Shown here: positions 1 to 13,299 of the stretch, piece by piece | How positions within the stretch are numbered: the stretch's first letter is position 1 | Layout of the letters: each line of letters starts with the position of its first letter | Origin: Mobula hypostoma | Taxonomy: Eukaryota | Length of the DNA: 64,000 bases | Reading direction: 5' to 3' | NCBI RefSeq assembly: GCF_963921235.1 | Contig: NC_086108.1 | Coordinates: 31,622,001-31,686,000, forward strand | The notes under the pieces: model-generated | Seen by the model: only the letters and a program-made list of their open reading frames with translations | Databases searched by the model: none | Told to the model about the DNA's origin: nothing | Made by a program: the position numbers and the translations under genes

Positions 1-269
1 TGCAAAGATAATGGGAATAAAGAGAGAAAAAGCTGGAAGTACTCAACAGGTCAGGTAGCATTAATGAAGAGTGATACAGAGTTACCACTTCAACTTGGTC
101 ATCTTTCATCAAATAAAGAATGTTACAATATCAAGCATATTTTGCTAGTGAAACACCAGGAAGACCCCTGGAATTTGTCCCAGAGGTTTAGCTCTCACAG
201 GTTCACCATTAAGCAATGAATTCAAAAGACTGAGTTAAACAATGGGAAAGGGGAGAGCTCCACACCATT

Positions 270-945
270 TAAAGTTTAGAGTTCAAAGTAAATTTATTAT
301 TAAGGTGCATATATGTCACCATATACTCTCCTGAGATTTATTTTCTTGCAGGCATTTACAGTGGAACAAAGAAATGTTATAGAATCAATAAAACACTACA
401 CACACACAAAGACTGACAAACAACTAATGTGCAAAAGAAAGCAAACTGTGCAAATACAAAAATAAATAAATATATATAGAACTATTGAGAACATGAATTG
501 TTGAGTCCTGGAAGGTGAGTCTGTAAGTTGCAGGATCTGTTCAGCATTGAGGTGAGTGAAGTTATCCACATTGGTTCAGGAGCCCGATGGTAGAAGGGTA
601 ATAACTATTCCTAGACCTGGTGTTTTGTGACCCAGGGCTTCTTTAACTACTTCCTGATGGCAACATTAAGAAGAGATCATGGCCTGGATGGTGAGGGTCT
701 TTGATGATGGATGTTGTTATCTTGTGACAGCACTCTTTGTAGATGTGCTCCATAGTGGGGAGAGCTTTTCCTATGATGGACTGGGCTGCATCCATCACTT
801 TTGGTAGGATTTTCCATACTTCGGCATTGGTGCTCCCAAACCAAGCCGTGATGCAACCAGTCAGGAAACTCTCCACTGTGCTTCCATAGAAGTTTGTGGA
901 AGTTTTAGATGCCATACTGAATCTACACAAACTTCTAATGATGTA
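270..945 (-). mobile_element. Rex1/Babar-type LINE 3' fragment
   Basis: ORF 643-930 has ES.LTGCITAWFG and IIKDPHHPGH.LF.LPSG motifs typical of the Rex1/Babar ORF C-terminus, followed by 3' UTR-like sequence; boundaries approximate. Confidence 0.75.
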
Positions 946-1689
946 GGAGTCTGAAGTGATTCTCTGAAGTAGGGCTAATCATCTTGAATATGTACAAGAA
1001 CCTAATTATCTCCTTCCATTATTAAAAGCTGAACTTTACGGCTATAAAATTCCATGCAAAATCCAACATGCATGAGGCAGACATTGAACCCATTTGCAGT
1101 CTTTCATCTCCAATTCTTGACTGACTTAATCCTTCTATAGCACTCAGACAGGGTTACCTGCAGATTGCCTGTTCACCAAATCCACCGAAAAAGTGGTCAG
1201 TCTGCCCTCCCCACTACTGCTGCTGCTGAGAATTGAAATCCCTCTCCCCTCAGTCCTGACAAACTCCAGCTCCTCATTTAACCAGTCTTTATTCAGGTGT
1301 AAACTTTGACCAGCTACTCAACCACAGATGACACTACACAATATGCCATCCATTCCTCACATGGCATCCACACCTCTACATCAGCAGTGTGGTCCCAGGG
1401 CAATTTTCCCTGCTTTAGTGAGGCTCAAGTTACTGAACTTCAATCCTGCCTGTTGTGGCCAATTCCTGCAAAATCCATATGGAGCCAAGGTCTAACCTTT
1501 ACTTCCTTCTGAACTGAGCGCCTTAGATGTTCATTGGATGAACTCATTGACATCTTAAAAGTATTTAGTGGAAGAAAGTACAATTTATTTACTGTTCCCT
1601 TGCAACCTATACTGTGAAAATTACCTTTGTATAATGGATCCCCAGCGGCAACCAAACGGAACAGTTTCAATTTGAGTGTGGGGCCACGC

Positions 1690-1858
1690 ATCTTCATCAT
1701 CATCACCATTACGTGCTGTGTCGTATGACGGGTGGGCAATCATGGTCATTTTTTGATCATGATTGTTCTTGGTAAATTTTTCTACAGCAGTGGTTTGCCA
1801 TTGCCACCTTCTGAGCAGTGTCTTTACAAGACGGGTGATCCCCAGCCATTATCAATCT
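1690..1858 (-). mobile_element. Partial copy of RTE-related short retroposon
   Basis: Reverse complement matches the 3' half of 55294-55684 (gataatggctgggg.cacccgtcttgtaaagacactg...ggcaatggcaaaccac) with a (TGA)n-like tail. Confidence 0.75.
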
Positions 1859-2489
1859 TCATAGATCTTCTAATTAGCTTCCCTGTACAAGACAAATATA
1901 ATTAATTCCTTCTAATAAGGAACACTGTCAAACTCACTACAACAACAATTTAACACAGGCAGTACAGAAATCTCTCGGCAGGCAGCTGTTGCTAGTTTTA
2001 AAACTGAGATTGGCAGGATTTTTATTAACCAAATATATTAGAGGATGAGGATAAAATGTGGTTTGGATGCAGATGAGCTATTATTTCACTGGATGGCGAA
2101 ACAGTTGCAAAGGGCTAAGCCTGGTGCTGATTCCTTAAGTTTCCTAAATAGGTACTTCACTGTGTACAAACTTTTGCCATTAAAAATTAAATATTCAAAA
2201 TATAAAAAATTATATTGTGTGGTTATCTCACTCATTTCCTTTTAGAAATTTTACATCTCCAACTGCCCCATCACACCCACCAAGTGTATAATTTGTACAC
2301 AACTATTTCAAAGATCCTCTGACACAGCTGCATTTGTTGAGATTAGTGGCTTGATAGTCATGGAAGAATAAAGCTCCCAAACTTTGAAGACCAGTAAATT
2401 AATTTGCACAGTGCGCATTTTGAGAACCAAATAGATATGTTTAAATTAACTTTATTGATTTTTTTTTTAATTAACTCAATTTATTCTGA

Positions 2490-2630
2490 CATCTTCCCCC
2501 TTCCTTTCCAGCCCTGATGAAGGGTCTCAGCCTGAAACGTTGACTGTTTATTCATTTCCATAGATGCCGCCCGGTCTCCAGGATTTTGCCTGTGTTGCTC
2601 TGGATTTACAGCATTTTCAGAATCCCTTGT
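2490..2630 (+). mobile_element. Penelope-like terminal-repeat fragment with hammerhead motif
   Basis: ctgatga-agggtctcagcct-gaaac-gtt-gactg at about 2514-2546, followed by the atagatgc... tail shared with 25570-25675. Confidence 0.75.
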
Positions 2631-3597
2631 GCTTATAATTGTTTTCAAATCCTTTCCGCTGCCTTCATTTTTAGAATGTTTTAACATTTCAAGCACAAGT
2701 AAATTTTGAACTGTTTTGTAAATGTTTGATGTTTTAATATGATTAGTTATTTCAGTAGGTTCTTTTTTATTTTTCAATGAAGATTGCATTTCAGTGGCAG
2801 TCACAGACAAAGTCCTGACTGTGTTGGTAGCTGACGACTCCTGCTCGTGACCTTGACATCTGCAGCATGGTCAGTTGAGGCTGTGCCTACAGAAAATGCT
2901 CATCACTGCCTCAGTTATTGCCCTGTGAAGAACGTTTCTATCCATGTACTCTACACAGTCTGTGGGCCATGTCTGGCTTGTGAGAGCCACTCAGCACAGA
3001 AACCATGCCAATTCTGCTCACCACATCCACACCAATCGTCAACCACCCATTTCCACTGGAATTACGTTAATCACCATTTTTAATTTTCCCCACATTTTCT
3101 TTAACTCCTCCCCGATTCTAGCACTTATCTGCACAGTAGGGGTAGCTAACAGTGGCCACTACTCAGTATGTCTTTGGGATGAGGGACGAAACCAGAACAT
3201 CAAAGGGAAACCAACAATGTACCAACAGGAGAGTGCCCCTGCTTTCAGTAATCCCAATTCCTCATTCTTGCTGACCACAGATAACCTTTGGGCCCCTTGC
3301 TTAGACTTAATTCTGATGGCAACAGCTAAACAATGCCATTTATTCCACTTTTCTGTGTACCATATCATCAAAAAAGTCAGTGATCTTCTCTGCAAAGGGA
3401 AAGAGGCAGTTTGTTGCCTCTGTCTCAAGCAATGATTATAGGCAGAGCAGGCCTGTGCATCTGCACAGATCTCCCTGGAAGGTATGTAGTGAACTCAAGT
3501 GCTGCCTTCGGTTCCTCCACATTAATCACAAGAATTTGCCTTACCCTGAGACACAACACAGGAGCAAATATGAGCAACAGCTTTTCAAACGTAATTC

Positions 3598-3680
3598 AAG
3601 TCCTGATGAAGGGTTCCGGCCGGAATGCAGGTGCTGCCTGTCATGCTGAGTAGCTCCAGCATTTTGTGTGTGTTTCTCAA
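3598..3680 (+). mobile_element. Penelope-like terminal fragment, degenerate hammerhead
   Basis: gtcctgatgaagggttccggccggaa, then gctgcctg...ccagcattttgtgtgtg tail. Confidence 0.65.
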
Positions 3681-4315
3681 ATTCAGCTGCTGTCAGATCA
3701 TGCTAAGTCTTTTCAAGGAACTGTTCTCCTAAACCGTTTTGAAAATTGAGCTTTAAAATGAGCCTTGTTTAATTATCTTAAGTGTCAGTGGAAAATACAT
3801 ATATCAGTCTCTGTTGGCCATATCCAAGTCAGATGAATGTCACACTTCAGCCACAAGACTGGTCTTGAAGTCACAATATTACACTAAGCAGAAGCATATT
3901 GCCTTAAACCGAAACTGTTTTTCCCTGAGAACTCTCCACCCACGTTCCTTCTGTGGTACTCCTTGACTGAAAGAGCTTCAGTTCACAGCTCCCCGCCAAC
4001 ACTCGAGGAAGAATTACCCAAAGCTGCTTGAAGCTGCGAGACAGATTGGCTCTTTTCAAATTTCAGTCGGTGGATTTCAGCCGTCTTGAGCTGGCGTTTA
4101 TTTCTAGCCGCTTTCAGCTTTGTACAGAAAGCTGCATGCATATTGGGCAACAGCCACATCAGTGATGCCATTACTGACGTTAACGGGGACCTCATTCACC
4201 ACAAGTAGTCAAAAAGGCACTAAAGGTGTTGCCTGGGTTCTTCCTGAAATCAACAGAAGCTAACAGTCGTTAACTTAGAAATAAGTCATCGGCTGAGGAA
4301 CAGAGGGTGAGATTA

Positions 4316-4830
4316 TAAACACGAGAAAGTCTGCAGTTGCTGGAATTCCCAAGCAACACACTCCTCAGGTCAGGCAGCATCTGTGGAAATTAATAAACAG
4401 TTGGTATTTCGGGCTGAGACCTCTCTTCAGGACTGGAAAGGAAAGCGGAAGCTGCCAGAATAAAAAGGTGGGGGGAGGGGAAGGAGGCTAGCTGGAAGGT
4501 GATCGGTGAAGCCAGGCGGATGGGAAAGATAAAGGGCTGGAGAAGAAGGAATCTGATAGGAGAAGCACTCCCTTCTCCTGACTAGTCCACTCTGACTACA
4601 AGAGAAAGGGAAGGAGCAGGGGACACAGTGGAAGGTGATCAGCAAGTGAGTACTGGTAAGAGGCCTGAATGGGGAATTGAAGAAGAGAGGAGGATTTTTT
4701 TTACCGAAAGGAGAAATCGACATTCGTGCCATCAGGTTGGAGACAGAATATAAGGTGTTGCTTCTCCACCTGAGGAAGGCCTCACATTGGAATAGGAGAA
4801 AGCCATGAACCGACAGGTGAGAGGCTGAGA
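4316..4830 (-). mobile_element. Penelope-like element 3' fragment
   Basis: Minus strand: end of GIY-YIG-like ORF, pyrimidine-rich UTR, cagtc-CTGAAGA-gaggtctcagccc-GAAAT at about 4398-4435 and family tail; homologous to 24934-25675. Confidence 0.75.
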
Positions 4831-5039
4831 TTGCAGTCTGAGGAACCTATCACTAATTGTTGTCCTTTGCATCCCTCTTTCTCCTCGCTCATTCATCACC
4901 ACTCCAGGATCAATCTTCACAGCACAGACAGTAATGTTTCTCCGTTATTGTCTTATTCATGTCTCCATTACTTTATAGACAGAGGCTATTTGACCAATCA
5001 ATTATATCTGAGTGCATTCCCATTCCCTCATTACATGTC

Positions 5040-5365
5040 TCTGTAAGCTATTCTCTCTACCTTCCCAACAGCTATCCTCAGCTTGTGCCACCCACTGACT
5101 CTCGGGCAGCTGATAGACTTGCAGTCTCATAGAACTAAAGGCCCAGGTTCGATCATGATTTCCAGTCCTGTTTGGGCAGAGTTTACATATTCTCAATTAA
5201 CCAGCAGAGTGGCCGATTAATCTTCCCAAACTTAATGTGAGAGGAAACTGGATCATTCAGAGGAAACCCACGCAGTTACAGGGAGAGCGTGCAAACTCCA
5301 CACAGAGAGTATCAGAGGCCAGCACTGTACCCTGGCTACAGGAGCTGTGAGACAGCAGCTGCATT
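5040..5365 (-). mobile_element. V-SINE-like tRNA-derived SINE (degenerate)
   Basis: Minus strand carries the V-domain core tgtgtggagtttgcacgctctccctgtaactgcgtgggtttcctc (about 5260-5305). Confidence 0.7.
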
Positions 5366-6443
5366 TATCATCAGCTGTCGATGAGAGCAACCCAACTAGT
5401 AGAAGGCACGAGAGCACCTCTACTTCCTTAGAAGTTTGTGCAGGTTTGCTAAGTCCTGGAGCTCTTTCCCTAACAGCCTTGTGGGTACAGCCACACCTCA
5501 AGCAACTCTGTAGACACTCAAGCTGGCTGCTCAAACCACCTTCTCAAGGGTTCTCAAGCAACTGGGGATGCGCTGTAAATTAAACATTACTTCAGCCTGC
5601 AAAGCCCACATTTCTTAAATTAATTTTTCAAAGCTATTTGAAATATAATATGCATCTTATTTTAACTTATAAACATGCCTGAGCATATCTGGAAATCAAT
5701 AACTGTCAAATTTAACTGAAGTAAATCTCCTTATTAAAGATGCATTGAAGGAAGAAAGACTAGACAGGAAGCAGAAAGGCTAAAAATAACACAAGGGGCA
5801 CAACAGGAATGGAGAATGCTTGGTCTCTCAATCTACCTCAGTGTGAACCTAGCATCTTATCTGTCTATTTGTTATCTGTAAATGTAAAACTATATTCAGC
5901 ATTCTGGTTTTTTTGTCTTTTTGTACTATCTTAATGTACATATTTGGAATGATCTCTCTGGACTGCATGCTAGAAAAGTGTTTCACTGCATCTTGGTCGA
6001 TCTGACAATAACAAACCAATAACCAATTACCAAATAGGAAATAGGTTTCACGGAAGCTTCTTAGAAAAAGCAGCAGAGCAGGACAAAATTAATGAGGGTT
6101 TAGGTTCAACATGTGAGGAAAGGGGTAGATTGATTTATAATAGGTTAAAAGATCAGCATGGTGGGACAAACTGTGCAGTAGTGTTCCACGGTTTATGTCT
6201 GTTTTAATAAACTCATGGGATGATGCCATGGCTGGTGATCTGTTAATCTGTTACCACCAGCATACATTGGCTATAGGTTGTACTTTCTACAAAATGGACT
6301 GTCGTTGCTCATTGTGACAGCACGCCCCAATCCCACAACCTCTACAACCGAGAAGGACGAGGGCAGCAAGCTTATTGACACTCAGTTCCCCTCTGAGTAA
6401 TGCACCATCATGACTCAGAGGTACTTTATCGTTGCTTCATCTC

Positions 6444-9400
6444 CATAAGATCATAAGATATAAGAGCAGAGTTAGACTATTTGACCCATCAAGTCTGCTT
6501 AGCCATTTCATCATGGCTAATCCAATTTTTCTCTCGGCCTCAATCTCCTGCCTTCTCCTCATATCACTTCAAGCCCTGACCAATCAAGTATCAATCAACC
6601 CCTGCTTTAAATATACATGCAGATTTGGCCTTCACAGCTACCTGCGGCAAAGAATTCCACAGATTCACCACACTCTGGCTAAAGAAATTACTCCTCATCT
6701 CCATTTTAAAAGGATGCCCATCTATTCTGAGGCTGTGTCCTCTGGTCTTGGACTCGCCCATCATAGGAAGAAGCATCCTCTCCACGTCCATTCTATCAAG
6801 GCCATTCACCATTTGATAGATTTCAATGAGGTCACCCTTCATTCTTCTGAATTCTAGGGAATACAGGCCCAGAGCCATCAAACGCTCTTTATATGACAAG
6901 CCATTCAATCCTGGAATCATTTTCATGAACCTCCTTTGAACCTTCTCTCGATTTAGCACATCCTTTCTAAGATAAGGGTCCCAAAACTACTTACAATATT
7001 CCATAAAGCCTTGCCAGTGCTTATAAAGTTTCAACATTACACCCTTGCTTTTATATTCTAGTCCTCTTGAAATGAATGCTAACATTGCATTTACCTTCCT
7101 CACCACAGACTGAATTTGTAAATTACTCTTTAGGGAATACTGCACAAGTCCCTTTGCACCTCAGTTTTTTGTATTTTCTCTCCATTTAGAAAACAGTCAA
7201 TCCTTTTGTTTCTTATACCAAAGTGCATGACCATACACTTCATGACACTGTATTCCATGTGCCATTTCTTTGCCCGTTCTCCTAATCTGTCTAAGTCCTC
7301 TGTAGCCTCTCTACTTCCTCAAAACTACCTGCCCCTCCACCTATATTCATATTGTCTGAAAACTTTGCAACAAAGCTATCAATTCCATCATCCAAATCAC
7401 TGACATATAATTTAAAAAGAATCAGTCCCTCCACAGACCCCTATGAAACACTACTATTCACCAGTAGCCAACCAGAAAAGGCTCCCTTTATTCCCACTCT
7501 TTGCCTCCTGTCTATCAGCCACTGCTTTGTCCATGCTAGAATCTTTTCTGTACTACCATGGGCTCATACCTTGCTAAGCAGCCTCATGTGTAGCACCTTA
7601 TCAAAGGCCTTCTAAAAATCCAAGTACATAACGTCAACCAATTCTCCTTTGTCTATCATGCTTGCTATTTCTTCAAAGAATTCCAACAGATTTGTCAGGC
7701 AAGGTTTTCCCTTGAGAAAACAATGCTGACTATGGCTTATTTCATCATGTGCCTCCAAGTACCCTGAGACCTCATCCTTAATAATTGACTCCAACATATT
7801 CCCAGCCACTGAGGTCAGACTAACTGGTCTATGATTTCCTTTCTTCTGCCTCTCTCCCTCTTGAAGAGCGCAGTGATATTTGCGATTTTCCAGTCCTCCA
7901 GAGCCATTTCATAATCTAGTGATTTTGAAAGATTATTATTAATGTCTTCACAATCTCTTTAGACTCCTCTTTCAGAATCCTGGGGTGTATACCATCTGGT
8001 CCACATGATTTATCTACCTTCAGACCTTTCAGTTTCCCAAGAACCTTCTCTCTAATAATGGTAACTTCATGGCTCCTGACACCTGGAAATTCCACCATAC
8101 TGCTAGTGTCTTCCACAGTGAAGACTGATGCAAAATACTTTTCCAGTTCATCCACCAGCAGTCCAATATCCACCCTCACCTCTCTTTTACACGTATGTAT
8201 CTGAATAAACCTTTGCTATCCTCTTTAGTAATACTGGCTAGCTTACTTTCATGTTCCACCTTTACCTTCTTAATGACTTTTTAGTTGCCTTCAGTTGTTT
8301 TTTAAAAGCTTCCCAATCTTCTAGCTTCCCACTAATTTTTGCTCTACTATATGCCCTCTCTTTGACTTTTATGTTGGGTTTGACTTCTCTTGTTAGCTAT
8401 GGTTGTGTATTCTTGCCTTCAGAATGTTTCTTCCTCTTTGGATGTATGTATTCTGTGCCTTGCTAATTGCTTCCAGAAATTTTAGCCATTGCTGCTCTGC
8501 TGTCATCCCTGCCAGTGTTCATTTCCAATCAATTCTGGCCACCTCGTCTCTCATGCCTCTGTAATTCCCTTTACTCCACTGTAATACTGATGCATCTGAC
8601 TTCAGCTTCTCCTCAAATTTCAGGGTGAATTTGATCACATTATGATCATTTTCCCCTAAGGTTTCTTTTACCTCAAGGTCTGTACTCAATTCTGATTCAT
8701 TGCAAAATACTCAATCCAGAATAGCTGAACCCTTAGTGGGCTCAACCAAAAGCTGATCTGGAAAGCCATCTCCTAGGCACTCTAGAAATTACCCCTCCTG
8801 GAATCCAGCACCATCCTGATTTTCCCAATCTACCTGCATATTAAAATCCCCCATAACTATTGTAACATTGACTTCTTGGCTGCCTTTTCTATTTCCATCG
8901 TAATTTCTAGATCATATCTTTACTACTGTTTGAGGGTCTGTATACAATACCCATCAGGGTTGTACTACCCTTGCAGTTTCTTAACTCTATCCACAAAAAT
9001 TCAAAACCTTCTGACCCTATGTCACCTCTTTCTAATGATTGATTTAATTTTTTACCAACAGAGCAATGCTGCCCCTCAGCCTTCCTGCCTGTCCTTTTGG
9101 TACAATGTTCATCCTTGAACATTAAGATCACAATCCTGGAGGTCCTGCCTTGTAACTTAGCACCTAACTCCCTGAACTCCTTATGCAGAACCTTATCATT
9201 TGTCCTATCCATGTCATTGGTAACTACAAGGAACATGTCCTTCTGGCTGTTCACCCTCCCACTTAAAAATGCTGAGGACTCGATCTGAGATATCCTGAAC
9301 TCTGGCACCCAGGAGGTAACACGTCATCTGAGAATCTCGTTCTCACCCACAGAACCTCCTGTCCATTCCCCTAACTAACGAATCCCCTATCACTACAGTG

Positions 9401-9970
9401 TGCCTCTTTCCCCCACTTCCTTTCTGAGCTGCAGAGCCAGACTCAGTGCCAGAGACCCAACCACTGTGACTTCCCTCTGTCAGGTCAACCACCGCCGCCG
9501 CCCCCCCCCCCCCCCAACAACAGTATCTGAAGTTATATATCTGTTGCTGAGGGGGATGGCCACAGGGTTACTCTGTACTGGCCCCTTAACCCCCTTCCCC
9601 TTCATGACTGTCACCCAGTCTCCTGTGTCCTGTGCCTTGGGTGTAACTACCTCTCTATATGTCCTATCTATCACCCCCTCAGCCTCCTGAATGATCTGGA
9701 GTTCATCCATGTCCAGCTTCAGCTCCTTATAGTGGATTGTTAGAATCTGCAGCTGGATGTACTTCTCACAGTTGTAGTCCATCAGGGGCAAGGCAGGTCT
9801 CCCTGCCTTCCCACATCTCGCAAGAGGAGCATTCCACCATCCTGCCTGGCATCTCTACTGTCCCAGCTGAGGGGATAAAAAGAAGGGAAGGAAAAAAGAA
9901 CTTAACCTAGAGCTTTTCTTTTCCTCAGCCTTCTCTGACTGAAGCCGCTCTTTGCCGAGGCCTCAAAGAG
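6444..9970 (-). mobile_element. CR1 LINE, long but internally deleted and decayed
   Basis: ORF1 remnants (9480-9791; 8907-9308 joins ORF1 to APE endonuclease VYRP), RT fragments (KSCGPDGIHPR, CLTNLLEFFE, YLDF), CR1 C-terminus (6591-6959), and short-repeat 3' tail cataagat/cataagat at 6444. Confidence 0.9.
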
Positions 9971-10814
9971 CTACTTGGGTCATGGATTTGAGTAAAATCC
10001 CCTCCTCACTAAGTTTCCGAGAGCTGTTCTGGAACATCCCACACAATGTTCAGCAGGACTGCAGCAGTTCAGAAAGATGTTCCTCATCAACTTACCAGAG
10101 ATAGGTTGGTTTCAAAATTAAAATTGGATAGGTAGAAGAAAATATGCCTGTAAAGGCAAGACAATTCCAGGAAGAGCTACGGTTCTTATTAGGGAGGGAG
10201 CTCAGAAGTTGACACAACTATGAAGTGACAATGATATATTTTTCCGATAATTTATGACCTTGAGTGGTATTGTCCTCTATCACCAAATGCTCTTACGCTT
10301 TTATCTAAATAGTGGAAGTTGCACTTTCGGGTGGTTCTGTTCAAGATGTGGTGGGCCAGGTTGTGACAGACAACTTTATAAGAACCGAAAGTGAGAGTGA
10401 AGTAGTTTAGCATAATTAGTGGATCAAGAAGTTAAAAAGCGAAAGGGGAAAATTCCTCTCCAACTCTCTAGCAGTAACCTAACCCCTAACACCATCTGGT
10501 GTCAGAGCCACCTGTAGCTACCTAGGAAGCGGCCTCAGTGCCAAGACTGAATTTTTGGAGTGTGCAGTCAACAAGTCAAGGGAACCAAGAGGTGATGGCC
10601 AGTGGAAGAATGGACAGAATGGGAAAGGTGCGATGAATAGAAAATTTGGAGTCAGTCCAAAGGAGATTCACCCAGCTAATTCCTAGGATGAGAGGCTTGT
10701 CCCATCAGGCGAGGCCAAAGGGTTTGTGTTATATTCTTTGGCGTTTTGGTGAATTAGTGGTCACTTTATTCAAACATGTAAGGGTTAACTGGGCTTGGCA
10801 GGGTAGATGTTGAG

Positions 10815-11096
10815 ATGTTTTCACTTGAGCGGCTGGTTATGGATCGCATTAAATCCCATCTTCCTGCTGCATTGTACCTGTTCCAGGTCACTTCTCATTC
10901 AAATCAGTCAACTGACAATGCTCTAGCATCTGTTGTCCACTCTGTCCTGTCTCACCTGGAAATGGTGCCTCATACACCAGGATGCTCTTCATTGACTTCA
11001 GCTCAGCCCTCAGGTAAACTGGTGGGTAAACTGTCTTTGTTGAGTCTCAATACCTCTCTCTGTAACTGGACCACGGACTTCTTGACACAATATTGA
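10815..11096 (+). mobile_element. Rex1/Babar RT fragment
   Basis: ERLVM..IKSHLP, NQSTDNA, LNTSLCNW..DFLT motifs. Confidence 0.7.
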
Positions 11097-11924
11097 TTGT
11101 TTATACTGCCCCAGGGCATTTTACTGAGTCAAAGGAGCTATGTAAATACAAGGCATAATTGACCACAGGAATTATGTTGTCCATGCATGAGGGCTGAAGA
11201 GACTGCGGAGAGCTAGTTTCAAACAGGAAATTGTTACTTTAGTTTCAGTTTTCAAGGAGTAAACGAAATCTTTGGTTGCCAAATTTGGTTATACTTCAGA
11301 CTTACGTCTGCACGTGATAATTCAATATGCCAACTGATGTGTTATCACCCGACACCACTGGTCCAAACCCATACGTGCAATGAAATCTTTTCTAAACCTG
11401 TGCTAGATAGTTATTTTACACAAACGTATGAACTCAATGTAAAAAGAAGTGACCACTTTTGTTTCTTGATCTCAATTACCCAGTTTTTTTATAAAGTGTT
11501 TATAACTGATATTTCAGGGTGAGCGGGAGGAGTGAGTAATGTTAACATCTGGTTACCTGCTGCTATATCACCTTTTCAGAACAGAAGACAGGGTCTCTTT
11601 CTCAGCCAGCAGCTCTAGACGAAGTGGTAAGTTCACCAGCTCATCGTGTGCCTTGCTGCCGAGGCCAGAATGAGCAACCTACTCTCGCCCCGCAGAATGT
11701 GGTGCAGGTATTTACAAATAAGAGATGAAAGACAAGAGCTGATCAGATACACAGTGTAACAAAAGTTAGCACCATCACCACAATCAAAGTTTGAAATCCA
11801 CAAAGCCCCGTGCCACACAACAAGAAGAGGAACTTGACCTTCAAAGAGCGGGTTTCGTTTCTGTTTCATCAAAACTAGTTAATTTCCCAAAATTGCAGCA
11901 AGTGAATATTCCCCAATCTGGATT

Positions 11925-12705
11925 ATGCAGGAAAAAAAAAACAAGAAGCTGGAGAAACTCAGCAGGTCAGAAAGCTTTTGGTGGGAGAAAAAGACAGTCA
12001 ACATTTCAGGTCCAGACCCCTCATCTGGGCTAAAAATGTAGAGGGGTGATAACCAGTATAAAAAGGTCAGGGGAAGGGGAGAAGCAAGAGCTGGCAACCA
12101 ATATCTGGATCCAAGTGAGGAAGGATGATAGGCATTTGGGGGAACAGAAGGATGGAAATAGAAATAGAGGTTTGGAGATGATAGATGGCAGCAACAAAGA
12201 ACTGCAGATGCTAAAAACTGATAGGACAGAAAGGTGGAGCATGGAACCAAATGAGGGAGACTGGTAGGCAGAAGAAAGCAGTGGGAGGAGGAGAGTCAGT
12301 GGAAGAAGTGTGTGGGTGATGGGAAAGATGAATTAAGTGTAGGAGGAGAGAGAAAAACTGGGTGATAGGGAACAGTTGAAGGTGGAGGATTGAGTGTGTG
12401 TAAAAGGATCTGGATAGACCAGGAAGAGAGGGAAAGGGACAGAGGAGGCACTGCCTGACATTGGAGAATTTCATTTCATTGCAGACGACTCAGGTTCGTC
12501 CCCCTGCTCGCATGTGGCTTCACCCCGGCAGTGGAGAAGGCTGAGGCCAGGCAGGACAGAGGGGGAATAGGGAAAGGAGTTAAAATAGCTGGCAACCAGG
12601 AACTGGAGGTGATCATGGCAGGCGCAGTGGAGGAGCTTGCTAAAGTAGGTAGCTAGTCTGCACTTAGTCTCACCGATGCAGCAGAGGCTGCATCAAGAGC
12701 AGGCA
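11925..12705 (-). mobile_element. Older Penelope-like element 3' part
   Basis: Decayed GIY-YIG remnant (IGETKCRL at about 12655-12700 minus), pyrimidine-rich UTR, hammerhead variant cccAGATGAggggtctggacctGAAATGTTgac at about 11995-12032, and family tail. Confidence 0.7.
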
Positions 12706-13299
12706 GGGGAGGCCAGAGAAGAGAGGAAATGCAGTGTGAACTAACCATTCTATGACAGCAAAACCGTGAACTTATGCTTCTATGAAACCATTGGGAAATG
12801 AATCAAAGACATTTGAATGATGTATCTTGCCATGGGTTGCCTCTTCCTGGGTGTGCATTTTTAAAATTTAAATACACATTATTCTCTAATCCCATCTCTT
12901 GTTATTAACCAAAAGATGTGAAGAGCAAAGCTAATAGTTTTTCTGTCAAAAAATATTGAGGTTCACCTTCCTAACATTAAAACAATGAAGAAAAAATGTT
13001 TGTTGAGCCATCTCCCAATAAATTATTTATTCTGATGAGGCAGCATATTCTATGTAAAATCATTCATGGCATTGTTCTGGGTTTGAGAGGTATTTTGCTG
13101 ACAAGGACACTGTGTGTGGAGGTGGTGACAAATTTGTGGGAGTGTTTGTGGTGGAAACATTGCAAAACAGACCCACTGGTAAATCTGTGTAAGTCTCCAA
13201 GACCCTGAATCCAAAACACTTTACAATGGAAAATTAGGGCAATAATGACACTTTCTGTGCAGTTTGAAACAGTAATCTAAATAATACTGGTGTCAGCAG

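Noticed and set aside
13032..13060. CTGATGAG as another hammerhead core
   Set aside because: No stem II followed by GAAA and no Penelope tail
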